Origin: an uncultured bacterium
Lineage (GTDB): Bacteria; Bacillota; Clostridia; Christensenellales; QALW01
Direction of reading: 5' to 3'
Assembly: GCA_905214315.1 (NCBI GenBank)
Contig: CAJMLN010000007.1
Location: forward strand, 392-64,391
DNA length: 64,000 nucleotides
Shown: positions 46,438 through 55,875 of the stretch, piece after piece
How positions within the stretch are numbered: position 1 is the stretch's first letter
Layout: every line of letters starts with the position of its first letter
The notes under the pieces: generated by a model
What the model saw: only the letters and a program-made list of their open reading frames with translations
Told to the model about the DNA's origin: nothing
The model's database searches: none
Position numbers and translations under genes: made by a program

Positions 46438-48527
46438 ATGCTGCCCTCAGCGGTGCGCTCCATAATCATGTGCTGCCATTGGCTGTTCAGGGTTACAAAG
46501 CGGGCGTTCCAGCCGGAAACGCGCACGGACAGCGTCTGGTAGTCCTCCGGGTGCTCCTGCGCCGCCTTTAGAATATCGGCGTCCTGTACATCCGGCTGTA
46601 AAAAGAAGCCGCCAAGGGCAAGAAAGCCCTCCAGCAAACCGCAGACGGCCGCGATGCCCTCTTCTCCCCTGAAGCAGGCGGGCATCAGCTTTAAATCCAG
46701 CGCGCAGCCGCCGGAGATTTCCGTAAGATCCGGTTTGCAGAAGGAACGGATGACCGCCGTAGCGCCGTTGCCGTCGGTGCCGGGGGTGGGGGAAAAGTTG
46801 CCCGAAAGCAGAGCTCCTTTTTTCTTTCCGAACGGGGCGGCTTCACGTTGGGGCGCCCATTCGATCTGCCGGCCGAAGGTGCTGATGCCGGGCGGGGTCT
46901 GCAGGCCGGCAGGATTTTTCAGGTTTTTGCAGATGACGGCAAAATCATGCAGCAGCCGGCAGGCTAAAGCGTCGGCCTCGTCACTTCCGTTGCCGAAATA
47001 GCTGTAGCGGTTGAGCATATGCAGACGCAGCGGCTCGTTTCCCTCCCAGTTCTGCGCCAGAATACGGCACAGCTCCGGCAGGGTGATCCGCTTTTCTTCG
47101 TACACGGCTTTTTTTAAGGCGTACAGGCTGTTTATGATGTCAGTTGCGCCGCCGAGATGGGGCGAAAGCACGTTGTATTTCGGCCCGAAATCCGCATAGG
47201 CCCGGCCGCTTTCAATACAGCCCCGCTCAAAGAGGGCGGCAACGGAGTCCGCGCTGTGGCGGCAGACTTTTCCGCCGTAGGAGGAAACAAGCTTTTCCAC
47301 CGCGGTTTTTAGATCCCTGATGTACGCATCGTACAATGCTTCAAAGGTAGGAAAGTTTGGCACGCGGCTGTAGCCGCCCAGCGTGTTTTGCTGCAGGATA
47401 AAAAGTCCGTCAAAGGGAATGTAGGTAAAGCAGGTATCGCCGGGAATCTGCACCTCCCAGCAGCCGTCGTTGGCAAAGCGGCGCGCGGTCTTTAACGGAT
47501 AGCCTGAGGCGGTCAGCGCCCGGAGCACCGTCTCCTCGTTATAAAAGGCCAGAATGCCGCCGCCGTGGCGCAGAACCTCGGCACAGCGCTCCAGCAGTTG
47601 CCGCGGTGTGCGGGCGTTCAGCCGTACGGCAATGGGAAAGTCGCCGATGCCCAGCTCTTCGATAATATCCAGAACCAAATAGGTAACCTCGTTGGTGATG
47701 TCGTTTCCCTCTTCGTCCACACCGGAGAGCACAATGTTCTGGTAATGCTGTGCGTCGCCGGAGCCGCAGTCACCGCCGCAGATCCATTCGCAGCCCTTGA
47801 TGAAAAAGTGCGCTAAAATCTCCCGCGCCTGCTCAAGGGTGAGGGCGCCCCGGGCTAAATCTTCTTTTAGGTAGGGTCCTAAAATTTGGTCAATGCGCCC
47901 AATGCCGGACCAGTTGCCGCACAGGCGCGTAAAGGCGAATAAAAACCACAGGCTCTGCACCGCCTGGTGAAAGTTCTTCGGCGGTGCAAAGGGTACCTCC
48001 CTCAGTGCCGCCAGGCTTTTTTCACCGGGTTCCTGTTCCAGCTGCTGTATATAACGCTTGTGCCACAGCCGCATCGCACCGATTGTCCGGAGCATACTCT
48101 CAAACACGCGCGTATCGCCTGCGGTCTGGGACATGTTGTGTCGGATACGGGCCTCAACGGCGTTTATGCCCTCGGCTACGGCAAAATCAAACCCCAGCGT
48201 TACGTGGCTGACGCTGTAGCAGATGTTTTGATTTTCATAGCGTGCGGGAACAAAGTGGGAAATAGCGTCGCCTAAGGTGGCCGCGCCGCTGAGCAGTTCT
48301 CCCGGAACGATGCGCAGGGGAGCCTTGGCGGCGATCTCAGAAATGGCAGCGTCGTATTGCTCCAGTGCGCTATATGTTTTGAAGGCCGGGATATGATCCA
48401 AAAAAACACAGGGGGTTTTTTTAGTGTCCAGGCCGTAGACGTGATTCAGGGAATCGTAGGCAAAGCGGCGGGTGGCCTCCGAAAGGCGTACCGGCCGCGG
48501 CTGGGAATAGAGGGTGGGAAAGAGCAT
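46434..48527 (-). CDS. Glycyl-radical enzyme of unknown specificity (PFL-family fold, unusually short at 697 aa)
   Basis: C-terminal glycyl-radical motif LSVRVSGWNARF (Gly about residue 672). Thiyl loop RRFANDGCWEVQ (Cys about residue 356). AAGGAG RBS. In-frame TGA and TAA 24-30 nt upstream fix the N-terminus. Confidence 0.85.
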   Translation of the reverse strand: MLFPTLYSQPRPVRLSEATRRFAYDSLNHVYGLDTKKTPCVFLDHIPAFKTYSALEQYDAAISEIAAKAPLRIVPGELLSGAATLGDAISHFVPARYENQNICYSVSHVTLGFDFAVAEGINAVEARIRHNMSQTAGDTRVFESMLRTIGAMRLWHKRYIQQLEQEPGEKSLAALREVPFAPPKNFHQAVQSLWFLFAFTRLCGNWSGIGRIDQILGPYLKEDLARGALTLEQAREILAHFFIKGCEWICGGDCGSGDAQHYQNIVLSGVDEEGNDITNEVTYLVLDIIEELGIGDFPIAVRLNARTPRQLLERCAEVLRHGGGILAFYNEETVLRALTASGYPLKTARRFANDGCWEVQIPGDTCFTYIPFDGLFILQQNTLGGYSRVPNFPTFEALYDAYIRDLKTAVEKLVSSYGGKVCRHSADSVAALFERGCIESGRAYADFGPKYNVLSPHLGGATDIINSLYALKKAVYEEKRITLPELCRILAQNWEGNEPLRLHMLNRYSYFGNGSDEADALACRLLHDFAVICKNLKNPAGLQTPPGISTFGRQIEWAPQREAAPFGKKKGALLSGNFSPTPGTDGNGATAVIRSFCKPDLTEISGGCALDLKLMPACFRGEEGIAAVCGLLEGFLALGGFFLQPDVQDADILKAAQEHPEDYQTLSVRVSGWNARFVTLNSQWQHMIMERTAEGSI

Positions 48528-48625
48528 TCTTGAAACTCCTTTTTTGTTTTATCATACCGCATTTTTTATGGAAGCGCCATTGACAAAAGTATTATCCGTT
48601 TGTACAATACTATTAAGGTGAGAAT

Positions 48626-49426
48626 ATGACGCTTGAAAAAATTGTAATAACCGACTGGATGCGCGGGCAATTGTGTTCCGGAGAAATCGAAGGGGAAAAG
48701 GTAATAAAATCCCTTCCCTGCCTCTCGGTGGTGCAGGCGCAGGAGGGAAGCTATACCGTGGGGATCGGACATGGAGAAAACTATCATACCGGTCAGGGCG
48801 GTATTTTTATTGCGCCTTCGGGGGCGGTTCAGAATATCGTGCATCATGTAAATCCCGTCACCGGCTGCATGCGGGCGCGGTGGGTCTTCCTTTATACCGC
48901 TGTGGAGGAAATCTATCCGCTGGATGCGTTTTTTTCCTTTCCCACGCTGATACCGCCGGCCTTTTTGCAGGAGGCCGATGCGTGCCTTGACGAGATATTT
49001 TCCGCGGCGTCCTATTGCCGGGGGATGATGGCCTGCTATCGCCTTACCGAGCTGCTTTTAAAGCTTGCCTCTAAAAAGCCGATGGCATCCAATCCGATTG
49101 CCCCCTTGCTGGATTATTTGCGCAGACATTGCGGCGAGCAAATCAGTGTGGCGGATATGGCCGAACGGATGCACATGTCGCAATCCAACCTTTATCCACT
49201 GTTTAAAAAGCATACCGGATTTACCCCGATAGGATATGTAAACGATTACCGCCTTACCGCGGCCTCGGCGCTTTTGCTCAGCAGCGATAAAACGCTGGAG
49301 GAAATCGCGGAGGAAACGGGGTTTTCCGATATCTCCTATTTCAGCCGTCTTTTCCTGAAAAAATATAAAATGCCGCCCGGCAGATACCGGCGGCAGATGA
49401 GAAAGGACGCGGACGGAAAAGGGTGA
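48626..49426 (+). CDS. AraC-family transcriptional regulator
   Basis: C-terminal dual HTH (ISVADMAERMHMSQSNLYPLFKKHTG; LEEIAEETGFSDISYFSRLFLKKYKMPPGRYR). Divergent from the GRE gene. Confidence 0.85.
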   Translation: MTLEKIVITDWMRGQLCSGEIEGEKVIKSLPCLSVVQAQEGSYTVGIGHGENYHTGQGGIFIAPSGAVQNIVHHVNPVTGCMRARWVFLYTAVEEIYPLDAFFSFPTLIPPAFLQEADACLDEIFSAASYCRGMMACYRLTELLLKLASKKPMASNPIAPLLDYLRRHCGEQISVADMAERMHMSQSNLYPLFKKHTGFTPIGYVNDYRLTAASALLLSSDKTLEEIAEETGFSDISYFSRLFLKKYKMPPGRYRRQMRKDADGKG

Positions 49427-49444
49427 AACAACCGGGCGGAGGTG

Positions 49445-49849
49445 CTAAGACGCCTGATGCCGATCGTTTTCTTCTTCCTCTGAAATCGGCTTGAAATAGC
49501 TGCTCTCAAAGAGCAGCTGTTCTTTTTGCTCTTTCTTCTCCAATTTCTTGATGTTTCGTTTGAGCTTTTCTCTGTGCAGCAGGTAAAATGCGGTGGTAGA
49601 ACACCATAAAAGGCACATCACGGCAAGCACAAAGACCGACCCGCAGAAGAGCACAAACAGCGCTATGGCAGCGGGCTGCGAGCGGAATACGTGCTGAAAG
49701 AGAAGGGTTAGCCCGCCGGAGGCGGCAGCGGCAATAAGCGCATAGAGGAATTTGCGCCCGGAGGGAATACAGCGGAAGCGGAACGCTTCACGCTCTTTTT
49801 GGGCGTTTTGCTGATCATTTTTCAGTTTTTTATAATCACTGGTTCCCAT
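49445..49849 (-). CDS. Hypothetical membrane protein
   Basis: I chose the start MGTSDYKKLKND at 49849, just after the upstream stop. Two or three TM helices and a Lys/Glu-rich tail. Confidence 0.45.
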   Translation of the reverse strand: MGTSDYKKLKNDQQNAQKEREAFRFRCIPSGRKFLYALIAAAASGGLTLLFQHVFRSQPAAIALFVLFCGSVFVLAVMCLLWCSTTAFYLLHREKLKRNIKKLEKKEQKEQLLFESSYFKPISEEEENDRHQAS

Positions 49850-49853
49850 TTTT

Positions 49854-50906
49854 TTACGGCTTGCAATTGGAGCACGGTGTATACCCTTGGGCAATCGCCG
49901 TCTCGCGCGATGCAAAATAAACGCGGTTATTCTCTGCCGGCAGAGCGGAGCATGCGGGCAGATGAAATTTTTTGGACTTGAGGTTCCCGATATAGGCGTC
50001 GTCGTTTTCCAGCGCCGGTGTGGCCTGGGGCGCCGGCGATGCGGTAAAGACGGTATCGCCAAAGCGGAAAGTAAGCGCTTCTCCGTCGGTTTGCACAAGG
50101 ACGGTTCCGCACTGATCGGTACGGTAAATCTGTGCTTCGGCCTGCTTCAGGCGGGAGAGCGTTTCTTCCTCCGGGTGGCCGTAGCTGTTGCCCGCTCCGC
50201 AGGAGATCACGGCAAACTGCGGAAGCACCCGGCGCAGAAAGGTATAGCTTGACGAGGTGGCGGATCCGTGGTGCCCGACCTTCAGTACGGTAGCCGAAAG
50301 CTCGGCACCGCTTTGCGCCAGCTTGCTTTCGGCGTCCGCCTCCAGGTCTCCTGTAAAAAGAAAGGAGATATTGCCGTAAACAAGGCGGAGCACGATAGAA
50401 GTGTTATTGGTATTGTCTGTATTGACCGGCGCCTGCGGCCAGAGCACGGAAATTTCTGCTTCTCCTAAGTTCCAGTTCATTCCTTCCTGCGCTACGGTTA
50501 ATTTTTCCCCTGCAGAAGAGATAAAGGTACGGAAGCATGCGCTGTCGTAATCTTTTACTGGTGTGTATACAGTTCCTGTGCTGAAAGTATCGATGATTTT
50601 GCTCAGCCCGCCGATATGATCCTCGTGAGCATGGGTGGCAACTACAATATCTAAATGCGAAATTTTAAGGCGTTCAAGATATTGGATTATCTCAGGCGCG
50701 TCGGCAGTGTTTCCACCGTCAATCAGCATAGCGTGGGTCCCCTCTGTGATCAAGGCACAGTCAGCCTGACCCACATCAATAAAATATACACGCAGTGCCT
50801 GCTGTACCGAATCCGTGCTGTCGGGGGTATATTCCGTGCAGGCATTGCATAGAATAACAATAAGCAGCAAAAAGCAGCAGAGAAATTTTTTAGGTAGGTT
50901 TTTCAT
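49854..50906 (-). CDS. Secreted/lipid-anchored MBL-fold hydrolase (ComEC C-terminal-domain type) with C-terminal Ada-like zinc-binding module
   Basis: Signal-peptide-like MKNLPKKFLCCFLLLIVILCNAC. MBL motif VATHAHEDHIGG. C-terminal KKFHLPACSALPAENNRVYFASRETAIAQGYTPCSNC. Confidence 0.7.
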   Translation of the reverse strand: MKNLPKKFLCCFLLLIVILCNACTEYTPDSTDSVQQALRVYFIDVGQADCALITEGTHAMLIDGGNTADAPEIIQYLERLKISHLDIVVATHAHEDHIGGLSKIIDTFSTGTVYTPVKDYDSACFRTFISSAGEKLTVAQEGMNWNLGEAEISVLWPQAPVNTDNTNNTSIVLRLVYGNISFLFTGDLEADAESKLAQSGAELSATVLKVGHHGSATSSSYTFLRRVLPQFAVISCGAGNSYGHPEEETLSRLKQAEAQIYRTDQCGTVLVQTDGEALTFRFGDTVFTASPAPQATPALENDDAYIGNLKSKKFHLPACSALPAENNRVYFASRETAIAQGYTPCSNCKP

Positions 50907-51034
50907 GAAAATCGCCTCTTGCATTACTATATCATAAATGTGGAAAATTTGCTACATGAAATTATTGCTTTCCTTTGCGGGTTTGTGATATAATACGATT
51001 GTAAACGGGTAAAAAATAATACAGGAGTGGAAAT

Positions 51035-51910
51035 ATGAACTATATTATAGAAAACGAGGCTGTCAGGGCGGTGGTTGCGGATATGGGCGCGGAGCTGATG
51101 TCTCTGGTGCTCAAGAGCAATGGTACCGAATATCTGTGGCAGGGGGATGAAAAGTATTGGACCGGCAGAGCGACGAATCTGTTTCCGATCTGCGGCCGGC
51201 TGACGGACGGGAAATATACGTATCAGGGGAATGAATATGAGATGATTCTCCATGGCTTTGCGAAAAAATCCATGTTTTCCGTGATAGAACAGAAGAAGGA
51301 CAGCATTGTTTTCAGTCTGCGGGCAAACGAAGAAACGCTGAAAATATATCCGTTTGATTTTGAGCTTTTTATTACCTATACGCTTTGTGCAAATACCGTG
51401 CGGGAGACGTATCGGGTGATTAACCATGGGCTGGAGCGCATGTATTTTGCACTGGGCGGACATCCCGGGTTTCATCTTCCCCTGGAAGAGGGCTGCAGCT
51501 TTGAGGATTATTTTATTGAGTTTGCGCAGGAAAAGCCGGCAAGGGAGCTGGTGATGGAGGCCTGCTATATGACGGATGAAACCGTACCCGCCCGCCTGAA
51601 GGACGGCAAAACAATTGCGCTTACCCACGATATGTTTGATAATGACGCGATTTTTTTACAGGATATGGATACGTGTGTGACGTTAAAGGCGTTAAACGGC
51701 AGCAGGGCTGTTACGCTTCGGTATCCGGATATGAAATATTTAGGGCTTTGGCATAAGCCTAAAACGGCCGCGCCCTATGTGTGCATTGAACCGTGGATGA
51801 GTGTTCCGGCCTATTATCAAAAGGTGGACGATTTGGAAACAAAGCGCGATATGCTGACGCTGGAAGCCGGCGAAAGCTATGAAACCCATATAGAAATTAC
51901 GCTGGTGTAA
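51035..51910 (+). CDS. Aldose 1-epimerase (galactose mutarotase-like) family protein
   Basis: 291-aa ORF. LFPICGRL and LGGHPGFHLP motifs are typical of the mutarotase fold. Confidence 0.7.
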   Translation: MNYIIENEAVRAVVADMGAELMSLVLKSNGTEYLWQGDEKYWTGRATNLFPICGRLTDGKYTYQGNEYEMILHGFAKKSMFSVIEQKKDSIVFSLRANEETLKIYPFDFELFITYTLCANTVRETYRVINHGLERMYFALGGHPGFHLPLEEGCSFEDYFIEFAQEKPARELVMEACYMTDETVPARLKDGKTIALTHDMFDNDAIFLQDMDTCVTLKALNGSRAVTLRYPDMKYLGLWHKPKTAAPYVCIEPWMSVPAYYQKVDDLETKRDMLTLEAGESYETHIEITLV

Positions 51911-51991
51911 ACAAGGTGGCGGACGGCTGTAAAAGGCCGTCTGTTTTTTATGGGAAATGCTTAAAAACAGCAGAAGAGGGGGAAGAAGCCA

Positions 51992-52732
51992 TTGGCACAG
52001 AATATCTATGATAACGATGTATTTTTTCGGGAGTATACTGCGCTGCGGCGCCGGGAGGAGAATTATAACAATCTGCTGGAGCAGCCGGCCATGGCGCGGC
52101 TGCTGCCGGAGGTCAAAGGCCTGCGCGTGATTGATCTGGGCTGCGGGTACGGCGCCAACTGCATGGATTTTGTCCGCCGGGGAGCGGCGGGCGTTACAGG
52201 CGTGGATGTTTCGCAGAATATGCTGCGGATGGCCGCCGAGACGAACAGCCATGAAAAAATCTGTTATTTAAAGATGGAGCTTGCGGGGCTTTCTGATTTA
52301 AAAGAAACGTTTGATTTTGCTTACAGTTCCTTGGCGTTTCACTATGTTCAGGATTTTTCCAAACTGTGCAGAGATATTTTTACGCTTCTTTCTGATGGAG
52401 GATATCTGTTGTTTTCTCAGGAGCATCCCATTATTACGGCCAGTAAAAACGGCGCGGGGCATTATAATAAGGATAAAAACGGAAAAGAAATTTCGTATAC
52501 GTTTTCTGATTACAGCCAAAGCGGCCGCAGGGAGTCTTTTTGGTTTGTGGAGGGCGTAGAGGAATATCACCGCAGCATAGGACAGATCCTTACCGCGCTT
52601 GCCCGCGCAGGCTTTTGGATTGAAACGGTGGAAGAGCCTGTGCCTGACGCGGCAGCTTTAAAAAAAATGCCGCAGCTGCAAAAAGAATGGATAAAACCGA
52701 CTTTTTTGATTGTAAAAGCGCGGAAATGTTAA
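51992..52732 (+). CDS. Class I SAM-dependent methyltransferase
   Basis: VIDLGCGYGANCMDF (motif I) and a length of about 246 aa. TTG start behind GAGGGGGAAG. Confidence 0.75.
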   Translation: MAQNIYDNDVFFREYTALRRREENYNNLLEQPAMARLLPEVKGLRVIDLGCGYGANCMDFVRRGAAGVTGVDVSQNMLRMAAETNSHEKICYLKMELAGLSDLKETFDFAYSSLAFHYVQDFSKLCRDIFTLLSDGGYLLFSQEHPIITASKNGAGHYNKDKNGKEISYTFSDYSQSGRRESFWFVEGVEEYHRSIGQILTALARAGFWIETVEEPVPDAAALKKMPQLQKEWIKPTFLIVKARKC

Positions 52733-52743
52733 AAGAAGATTTT

Positions 52744-52778
52744 AAAAAAATAAGCGTTTTGAAAACGCTTATTTTTGG
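52744..52778 (+). terminator. Intrinsic terminator after the methyltransferase gene
   Basis: AAATAAGCGTTTT-G-AAAACGCTTATTT followed by TT. Confidence 0.7.
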
Positions 52779-53134
52779 CATGCTTTTATCAAAGATGATT
52801 GTTTATGAAATGCTCGGCTCCGGGGATTCTTTTACAAAAAAATTATCGGCAGAAAATTTTTATTTTACGGTATTGTTTATTCAAAAACAATTGTTTAGAA
52901 TTGATCTCGTTAAAAAAAAAATATTGAGCTTGAAGAGAGCCTTTGAAGCATAAATCAATGCTGTGTTGGATTTTTTTCTTTCTCGGCTAAAATTTGTACT
53001 TTGCCGCTTTTCGCGCAAGGAAAGGGGCGGTGAGGTATCTCGATAAAGAATATCTAAATATCTTCTTTATCAAAAAGTAAACTATGTTTTTTACAGTAAA
53101 TAAAATCCTTCGCAGATGCGAAGGATTTTTATGC

Positions 53135-55720
53135 TTAAAAAGATATCTGTATTTTTTGTCCGGCTTTCAGGGTAACGCTCTCTATAAAAATCATGCCGTT
53201 CTTGGCCGTAAAGGCCAGCGGGCGGTCCTCCAGCGTCACCTGCATAGGCGCCTTTTTCCTGCCAAATCCCGTTTGGGCAAGGGAAAGACTGCCGTAAAGC
53301 ACGCACAATGTGGCCGTGTCTTTTGTTATTTCCACGGTGCCGAAGCCGCTGTCTAAAGACCAGAGGCAGCGGAAAATATCCTTTTTCTGTACCGGAGCAA
53401 AGCTTAAGAGTCCCTGCGCGGCATTGTATTTCATGCCGGAAAAGGAGGGAAGAAGGGAAAACGCCGCCATAGACCGGGCATAGTTGGAGCCGCATTCGAT
53501 TTCATTCCACGGATTGCGCCGGCTTCCGTCATAGCGGCGGCGGACGCCCCGCACCAGAGCAAGACCCTCTTTTATCATTCCCTCCTGAATCATATGCGCC
53601 GCGGCCTGATATTCAAAGCCGTGCATCGTTTCTTCGCTGTAGGGGACGGGAATCACCGGTTTTGTACGAGGAAAGCTGCAAATGACCGTGCCGCTTTCGT
53701 CGCCCATGCAGTATACCCGGCAGGGATTGACATGCCTGCGCATAGAGGGCAGATGGTTGTGGCGGTAAATGGCTTTGAGTGCCTCGCGCACCTTCCGGCG
53801 GTCAAAAATTTCGCCCAGGCCGATTAAATTGGCATGCCATTGGCCCAGTACCTGATCGATGGCGCAGCCCTGGCCGATCTGATATTTGATTTCGCCCAGC
53901 TCTTCGCTCCAGTAGTCGTCGGTTACGCTGCCGCCCAGCATGGAAGCGCCGTCAGTATATTTTTCCAGAATTGATTTATCGGTGATGTCCACTTTCTGAT
54001 AGAAATATTCTCCGTTGAATAAATGCTCTTCCGCCCAGGCTTTGCCGTTTTCAAACATGTTTGCGTACTGCTCGGCGGCGTCCTGTTCCCCCAGCAGCGC
54101 CGCCATTTCAGCGCATGCCTTCAGGGCGGCTAAATACATGCTCTGCAGCCAGGAATTGGGGCCGAACAGCTCCATATCCAGCGTGTGATGCTGCCGGCCG
54201 CTTAAAATACCGGAGGCCTCCGGATCCCAGCGGTCGTAATTTTCTTCGCTCCAGGCATAGGCGATCGCTTTTTTTACAGAAGGCCATTTTTCCTTCAGCC
54301 AGGCTTTATCGCCGCATATTTTATATTCCCGATAGGTTTTAAAAACGGTGGCGAACTGTCCGTCGGCACAGGGACGGAAATCCCACGGACGGCGCTGCAG
54401 GGGCAGCAGCAGGCGGAACGCCAGACCGCCGTCGGGCTTTTGGGTGTGTTCCCATTCTAAATTGCGCATGGAACGCTCCAGGCGCGGGAAGAGGAAGCAC
54501 AGGGCATAGGTGTAAGCCCAAACGTGCGTGCAGCTGCCCTCGCAGGAGCCCCAGGAGACATTGCAGCCTTCCCAGCCGTAGAGAGAACCGTCCTCCAGCC
54601 GCAGAACGGTAGGGCTTTTTAAAACGGAAACGGTGGCGCTTACGGCGTCCAGCACTTCCTTGGGCAGGGTAGAGGAAAACAGTGCGTCGTGATAGAGCAG
54701 GGTATCTCTGTGCAGACGGTTCCAGTTTTTCAGCGCATAGGCGGCGGAGGCGGAAGAATCGTCAAAGAGCACGCTGTAATAGTTTTTCCATTTGTTAAAG
54801 GGTTCCCATTGGCTCTTTTCGTCCTCTACTGCCTGGGTAAGGTTCATATCCGCCCAATAGTTTTGGTTGTTGGGAATGTTCCAGGAAATCAGGAATCGGA
54901 ATTCCCTGCTTTCTCCCGGCTGAAGCCATGCGCCCGCGGTTAATGTGGCCGTGGCTTCCCCGCCCTTTACGGAGGGATAACGGCGGTTTTTAAGAGCGCC
55001 CAAAGCGGAGAATTCCTGCCAGAATACGCCCGCCGCATCAAACCACCGGCCGGAAAACCAGTATTCCTGAAAAGAAATCTCTTCGGCGTCGGTGGCTAGG
55101 GTAAGATCCCCGTAGGGAATTTCCCCGGGCGTATGGGCGGCATCCTGCAGCCGGAGAAAATGACAGCCGTCCTTTTGAAAACAGGTATTTGTTCCTTCGC
55201 CGCAGGCAAAAGGATTGTTCAGAGAGCCTGCCGCGGTATAGTGTAGCGGCTGGTCAGCGGTATTTTCCACAACAATGGAAAAGAATGCGGCGGGAATGGA
55301 GGAATCGTCCTCGTTGGTGGGAATCAGGGGATTGAACGCGTGCAGCGTGACCCTGCCGGGAAAGGACGAATCGATAAAATCAATTTGTGCAAAGGGAAAT
55401 TCGCCTTTAAAAATACAGTCTTTAAAGTGCGGAAAGCCCATCATTGCGCTGCGCGGAATTCCGTGGCCGAAATTTTGCTGGGAAAAGGAGCCCATACATT
55501 CTGTATCGATATCGGCATGCAGTACTTTTGCATCCAATACCTTCGTGCCGTCGTCTGCTTTTATTGCAAAGTGAGAAAGCCCGTTGCAGGTACCCTTGGC
55601 GGGACGGTTGAAAATTTCCCAGTCAATCAGCTGTCCGTACCCGGAAAGCCCGATACAGCCGCTGCCGATGCCCCCTAAAGGAAAGCTGACAGCGCGGCGG
55701 TGTTTGCCTGAATAGTTCAT
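53135..55720 (-). CDS. GH116-family beta-glucosidase (GBA2/non-lysosomal glucosylceramidase type)
   Basis: 861 aa. The N-terminus SFPLGGIGSGCIGLSGYGQLIDWEIFNRP is typical of the GH116 N-terminal domain. No signal peptide. Confidence 0.75.
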   Translation of the reverse strand: MNYSGKHRRAVSFPLGGIGSGCIGLSGYGQLIDWEIFNRPAKGTCNGLSHFAIKADDGTKVLDAKVLHADIDTECMGSFSQQNFGHGIPRSAMMGFPHFKDCIFKGEFPFAQIDFIDSSFPGRVTLHAFNPLIPTNEDDSSIPAAFFSIVVENTADQPLHYTAAGSLNNPFACGEGTNTCFQKDGCHFLRLQDAAHTPGEIPYGDLTLATDAEEISFQEYWFSGRWFDAAGVFWQEFSALGALKNRRYPSVKGGEATATLTAGAWLQPGESREFRFLISWNIPNNQNYWADMNLTQAVEDEKSQWEPFNKWKNYYSVLFDDSSASAAYALKNWNRLHRDTLLYHDALFSSTLPKEVLDAVSATVSVLKSPTVLRLEDGSLYGWEGCNVSWGSCEGSCTHVWAYTYALCFLFPRLERSMRNLEWEHTQKPDGGLAFRLLLPLQRRPWDFRPCADGQFATVFKTYREYKICGDKAWLKEKWPSVKKAIAYAWSEENYDRWDPEASGILSGRQHHTLDMELFGPNSWLQSMYLAALKACAEMAALLGEQDAAEQYANMFENGKAWAEEHLFNGEYFYQKVDITDKSILEKYTDGASMLGGSVTDDYWSEELGEIKYQIGQGCAIDQVLGQWHANLIGLGEIFDRRKVREALKAIYRHNHLPSMRRHVNPCRVYCMGDESGTVICSFPRTKPVIPVPYSEETMHGFEYQAAAHMIQEGMIKEGLALVRGVRRRYDGSRRNPWNEIECGSNYARSMAAFSLLPSFSGMKYNAAQGLLSFAPVQKKDIFRCLWSLDSGFGTVEITKDTATLCVLYGSLSLAQTGFGRKKAPMQVTLEDRPLAFTAKNGMIFIESVTLKAGQKIQISF

Positions 55721-55875
55721 ACAAAGCCTCCGTTTTTTATTTTTATTTTAATACACGCAGAACAAAAAAGCAATAGACAGGGTTGTTTTTTTTAGCATCA
55801 GATAAGAAAATAAAAAAACAGCGCTCATATTTTTAACAAAAGAAGAAGCGCTGCTTTTTTTATTTGCCCAAAAGG

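Noticed and set aside
50927-51628. 233-aa minus-strand ORF
   Set aside because: It is antisense to the mutarotase-family gene and crosses its promoter region. No RBS or motifs.
52733-53134. AT-rich 400-nt spacer with the 88-aa ORF 52687-52953 and several hairpins
   Set aside because: The ORF overlaps the methyltransferase stop and runs through its terminator. No motifs and no RBS. I treat it as a non-coding spacer with terminators for the convergent genes.
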